NCBI GenBank assembly: GCA_963835625.1 | Contig: CAWIGO010000007.1 | Span: 75,415 to 139,414, forward strand | Origin: an uncultured Verrucomicrobiae bacterium | GTDB taxonomy: Bacteria; Verrucomicrobiota; Verrucomicrobiia; Limisphaerales; UBA11358 | DNA: 64,000 bases | Direction of reading: 5' to 3' | In this document: piece by piece, positions 60,810 to 64,000 of the stretch | How positions within the stretch are numbered: position 1 is the first letter of the stretch | How the letters are laid out: each line of letters begins with the position of its first letter | Notes under the pieces: model-generated | Database searches by the model: none | The model's input: the letters and a program-made list of their open reading frames with translations, nothing else | What the model was told of the DNA's origin: nothing | Program-made: the position numbers and the translations under genes

Positions 60810-61685
60810 TCAATTGGCATATTCTCCAATATGTTGCCAAGACGGATATTTGAAAATTGGTTTTGCCCACGGGAAAACCAATTCGTTTGTGGTTGGCAAT
60901 TTATAAAAATGACATTGTCCATTAAATGCGGACATTACAAAATTCGTGTCACTAAAAAATCCATTTACCACTATTTCTTCAGGACGCCTGTAAAAAACCT
61001 GTAAGATTGGAATGTTGTTTTTTGAAACAATTTCCATTGCGTTAGAACTATAATTCCTATCCCAATCTAAAGGAATTTTGCCATCAATGTCGCTATTCAT
61101 TTGAAACACTTCCGAATTAGATTGCATCAGAAATGTTTTGGTCTGCTGTTTATAATAAAGACCAGCTCTAATATAAAGACGATGGTTTTTAAGAAATGGG
61201 TTAAAAGGTGGCCATTGCATATCATTTATGACCAAAGTTAGTGAAGGATGAATACGCCCTTGTTTCAGATCAGCTACTTGATACGTAAAATTTTGAGAGC
61301 CAAACAAGATGTGAACTTCTTTACAACCTTTTGAAAGTTCAGGAGGTTCCCAAGTTTGATTTGAGGACTGATTTTTAAAGTGTTCAAAAGTAAGCCATCC
61401 TCCAAATGAAAAAACGAGTCCAAGAAGCGCCCAAATAATTGCCAGTTTTTTTGGATATTTTTTGAACCGGCAAAACGATAACACCGCAATTGGCAATAAA
61501 GCTAAAGAGCCAAATAGGGCCCATTCCCAATGTGCTAAAATCCAAAATCCAAACCCAATAATAGTAACAATACCAGGGCCGATTTCTCCAATAGTCTTGA
61601 GAAAAGGGATTACTTTGCCAGTGGGAAGATTTTCGATGCTTCCTTTTTCAACGTCTCTCTTAAAGTTGCATTTCCCTTTTTTCAT
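60810..61685 (-). CDS. hypothetical polytopic membrane protein (AT-rich ORFan B)
   Basis: 291-aa ORF with about 3 hydrophobic segments between residues ~35 and 105, followed by a W/F/Y/N-rich soluble part. I recognised no motif. Hand counts give about 30-40% G+C. Its ATG overlaps the upstream stop as ATGA (61682-61685). Confidence 0.55.
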   Translation of the reverse strand: MKKGKCNFKRDVEKGSIENLPTGKVIPFLKTIGEIGPGIVTIIGFGFWILAHWEWALFGSLALLPIAVLSFCRFKKYPKKLAIIWALLGLVFSFGGWLTFEHFKNQSSNQTWEPPELSKGCKEVHILFGSQNFTYQVADLKQGRIHPSLTLVINDMQWPPFNPFLKNHRLYIRAGLYYKQQTKTFLMQSNSEVFQMNSDIDGKIPLDWDRNYSSNAMEIVSKNNIPILQVFYRRPEEIVVNGFFSDTNFVMSAFNGQCHFYKLPTTNELVFPWAKPIFKYPSWQHIGEYAN

Positions 61686-62713
61686 TTGCTTTGCTGAACC
61701 TGCCGCGTGATTTCAAAGGCCAGGTCGAGTGCGCGTTTGGCAGATTCGCCGCTGACCATCGGTGTTTGTTTTTCGCGGACGCAGTTGACGAAGCTTTGCA
61801 GTTCGAGTTTGAGCGGTTCGTCTTTGGCAATCGGCACCGGTTCGCGGACGATGCGTTTGCCGCTGAATTCGCTGACGATGGTGGAATTCTTGCCGACGCC
61901 GAGTTTCGCGGCCAAAACTTTTTTTAGAAGCGAGCTTTCCTCCTCACTGTCGCGGGCGATGCGATAAATGAAACCCTCCTGTGCGCGATAATCGAGCGAG
62001 ATGTAGCAGGGATTGGTCGGGCCGCTGAACACGCGGATTTTCCGCATCCGCTCCGGGCTGACGCGGCTAGCCGTGAGGTTGGCGACGCAGCCGTTGGCGA
62101 AACGCAGCCGCGTATTGGCAATGTCCTCGGACTTGCTCAAAACTGGAATGCCGACGGCGTCCACGCTCGTCACGGGCGATTTGACGAATGCCAGCACGAC
62201 ATCGAGGTCGTGAATCATCAGGTCGAGCACGACACCGATGTCGGTCGAGCGGGCAGGGTAGGGCGACAGGCGGTGTGCCTCGATGAAGCGCGGCTCGGTG
62301 GCGACCTGCTCGAGATATTTGAATACGGGATTAAATCGTTCGACGTGTCCGACTTGCAGGACGCAATTTTTTTGCCGGGCCAGTTGAATCAATTCAGCAG
62401 CTTGCGTGGTGTCGTCGGTCATCGGTTTTTCGACAAGGACGTGTTTGCCCTGCGACAATAAAGTTTTTGCCAATTCAAAATGCGTAACGGTCGGCGTGAC
62501 AATGTTCAGTGCGTCGCTGGCGGCGGCGGCTTCGGCGACGGACCTGAAAATGCGCGCGTTGTGTTTGGCGGCGATTTTGCGGGCCGTGTCGGTATTGGCG
62601 TCAAAAATTCCGGCGAATTCGATCTGCCCTGTTGTAGCGAGTTCGGCGTAAATGCGGGCATGTTCCTTGCCGAGCGAGCCGACACCGAGGACGGCCACGC
62701 GAAGTTTGTTCAT
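61682..62713 (-). CDS. Gfo/Idh/MocA-family NAD(P)-dependent oxidoreductase
   Basis: The ATG at 62713 gives MNKLRVAVLGVGSLGKEHARIY (Rossmann GxGxxG), then EKPM and an alpha/beta C-terminal domain. It is upstream of lpxB in the same transcriptional direction. Confidence 0.85.
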   Translation of the reverse strand: MNKLRVAVLGVGSLGKEHARIYAELATTGQIEFAGIFDANTDTARKIAAKHNARIFRSVAEAAAASDALNIVTPTVTHFELAKTLLSQGKHVLVEKPMTDDTTQAAELIQLARQKNCVLQVGHVERFNPVFKYLEQVATEPRFIEAHRLSPYPARSTDIGVVLDLMIHDLDVVLAFVKSPVTSVDAVGIPVLSKSEDIANTRLRFANGCVANLTASRVSPERMRKIRVFSGPTNPCYISLDYRAQEGFIYRIARDSEEESSLLKKVLAAKLGVGKNSTIVSEFSGKRIVREPVPIAKDEPLKLELQSFVNCVREKQTPMVSGESAKRALDLAFEITRQVQQSK

Positions 62714-62869
62714 GGTTGCCACAGGGCGAGTTTGCCATTGAAAACGCCTCACGCCAAGAGCGCAAAGGGCGCAAATAACGCAGGTTTCTAGCCTGTCCGT
62801 CGCCGTTGCGGTTGTTCGCTGACAGCCAGGCTGGCCGGCGTGCAGGCGAGACGCCTGCGCTACTTTATA

Positions 62870-62890
62870 TTTGGACTTTGAACTTTGAGC
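62870..62890 (+). repeat. three TTTGGAC-family heptamers upstream of plsY
   Basis: The units are TTTGGAC TTTGAAC TTTGAGC. They are preceded by the hairpin GCAGGCG-aga-CGCCTGC (62842-62858). Confidence 0.8.
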
Positions 62891-62912
62891 TGTGTGCCCA
62901 TAAAGTGTTGCC

Positions 62913-63551
62913 GTGCCGATTTTGAGCTATTTCATCATCGTTGTCGGGGCTTATCTGCTCGGCTCGATTCCGACGGGTTATTTGGTCGGGCGCGCCAAGG
63001 GCATTGACATTCGCACTGCCGGCAGTGGCAACATCGGTGCGGCGAACGTCTTCCGCAGCGTTGGCAAAACAGCGGGTGTGTTTGCGCTCATCATTGATGG
63101 ATTAAAAGGTTACGCCGCCTGCACCTGGCTTTGTGATTGGATACTGACGCTTCTGGGCGTTTCAACAATGGACATGGAACTTTACCGGATTTTCGCGGGC
63201 ATTGCGGCGGTGCTCGGTCACAATTACACCTGCTGGCTAAAATTCAATGGTGGCAAGGGAATTTCGACCAGCGGAGGGGTTTTCTTCGCGCTTGCGCCTC
63301 TGGCGACAGGCGTCGCGTTGGGCGCGTGGATTGTTGTGTTCGCATTGAGCTGCTATGTATCAGTGGCTTCCATCGCGGCAGCGGTGGCATTGCCTGCGAT
63401 AATTTGGTTGATGCCGAATAGTTTGACATTGCGAATCGTCACGACAGTCCTCGGGTTGCTGGCCATTTTCAAGCACCGTGGAAATATCAGACGCTTGCTG
63501 AACGGAACAGAACATCGCATCGAATTTAAAAAGAAGGAGGCCGCACCATGA
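62913..63551 (+). CDS. plsY: glycerol-3-phosphate acyltransferase PlsY
   Basis: The GTG at 62913 gives MPILSYFIIVVGAYLLGSIPTGYLVGR..GIDIR..GSGNIGA.NV, then FKGGKG and HR.NI.RL. Confidence 0.92.
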   Translation: MPILSYFIIVVGAYLLGSIPTGYLVGRAKGIDIRTAGSGNIGAANVFRSVGKTAGVFALIIDGLKGYAACTWLCDWILTLLGVSTMDMELYRIFAGIAAVLGHNYTCWLKFNGGKGISTSGGVFFALAPLATGVALGAWIVVFALSCYVSVASIAAAVALPAIIWLMPNSLTLRIVTTVLGLLAIFKHRGNIRRLLNGTEHRIEFKKKEAAP

Positions 63552-64000
63552 AAGTTACCGTGCTCGGCGCGGGCTCATGGGGAACGGCACTGGCCAAGGT
63601 GCTTCACGAAAACGGCAATGGCGTGACGCTATGGGATATTGACACTGCCTTGCTGGACGAAATCCGACGCGGGCGCAGTGAGCGTTACCTGCCCGGCGTG
63701 CCATTGCCAACAAACTGGAAGGTTGAAGCGGATTTTGAAAAGGCGGTTGGCGGGGCTGAATGTGTGGTGATGGCAGTTCCGTCGAATGTCTTCCGGCAGG
63801 TGGCCGTGAAGTTGAAAGGCCATCCAGCCATTTTCGTAAGTGTTACGAAAGGCATTGAATTTGAGACTGGGGAGACGATGAGCCGCATCCTGTGCGAGCA
63901 GGCTCCGGCGAATCGCGTGGCTGTGCTTTCGGGGCCGAGCTTCGCGCGCGAAGTCGCATTGGGTATTCCAACTGTGGTGGTTTGCGCCAGTGAAAACGAT
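63548..64000 (+). CDS. gpsA: NAD(P)H-dependent glycerol-3-phosphate dehydrogenase, 5' part (runs off the window)
   Basis: This gene is not in the ORF track because no stop lies in the window. My own translation from the ATG at 63548 (ATGA overlap with the plsY stop) reads MKVTVLGAGSWGTALAKVL...SERYLPGVPLP...VTKGIE...LSGPSFAREVALGIPT.... Confidence 0.9.
   Translation, partial: MKVTVLGAGSWGTALAKVLHENGNGVTLWDIDTALLDEIRRGRSERYLPGVPLPTNWKVEADFEKAVGGAECVVMAVPSNVFRQVAVKLKGHPAIFVSVTKGIEFETGETMSRILCEQAPANRVAVLSGPSFAREVALGIPTVVVCASEND

Overview
This is a core chromosomal region of a bacterium with mid-to-high GC content. It is most consistent with Verrucomicrobiota. That placement is an inference from a Minf_1886-like protein, a fused secDF, secreted GH28 proteins with beta-strand-repeat tails ending in ...FYLLQLP, and heptamer-encoded peptides such as SPKSKVQ and SEIRNPK. 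I call about 52 protein genes and one tRNA-Ala(CGC). I found no rRNA, CRISPR array, transposase or integrase. Most genes are housekeeping genes:
- a PocR/AraC regulator next to a Pat-like acetyltransferase, PFOR (nifJ) and a DHOD-like gene
- cdsA-dxr-rseP-ispG
- yajC-secDF
- terC, then recJ-ispD-ctp-tsaD
- an aminotransferase and glgP
- glnS-purE
- acnA, an M16 peptidase and proS
- a long minus-strand string: Gfo/Idh/MocA, an ORFan, lpxB, HIT, phoH, ybeY, DUF502, recO and a hybrid kinase
- plsY-gpsA

Four things stand out.
1. The window carries a dense population of hairpin-forming repeats of two kinds. One kind is tandem heptanucleotide tracts (families GTCCAAA, CTCAAC-n, CGAAATC/GAATTCA, GAATGCA/GGCAGAA, AATCGTT, CGCAAAG). 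The other is GC-rich nested hairpins (GGTAGGG...CCCTACC; TTGGTGGG...CCCACCAA; a CCCGCATTGCGGG core). They lie between co-directional genes and also in-frame inside about a dozen conserved genes (ispG, recJ, tsaD, glnS, acnA, M16 peptidase, proS, ybeY, lpxB, terC, an ABC-2 permease).
2. Four conserved genes (pat-like, secDF, an M50 protease, glnS) each need a +1 frame correction. In glnS the break is a single extra base inside a heptamer tract, and the conserved C-terminus is still readable downstream.
3. Two AT-rich ORFan membrane-protein genes start exactly at, or overlapping, the stop codon of an upstream housekeeping gene.
4. There is a tandem GH28 duplication with a repeated leader and promoter.

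All functional calls come from reading the translated ORFs and recognising motifs. No database search was run.
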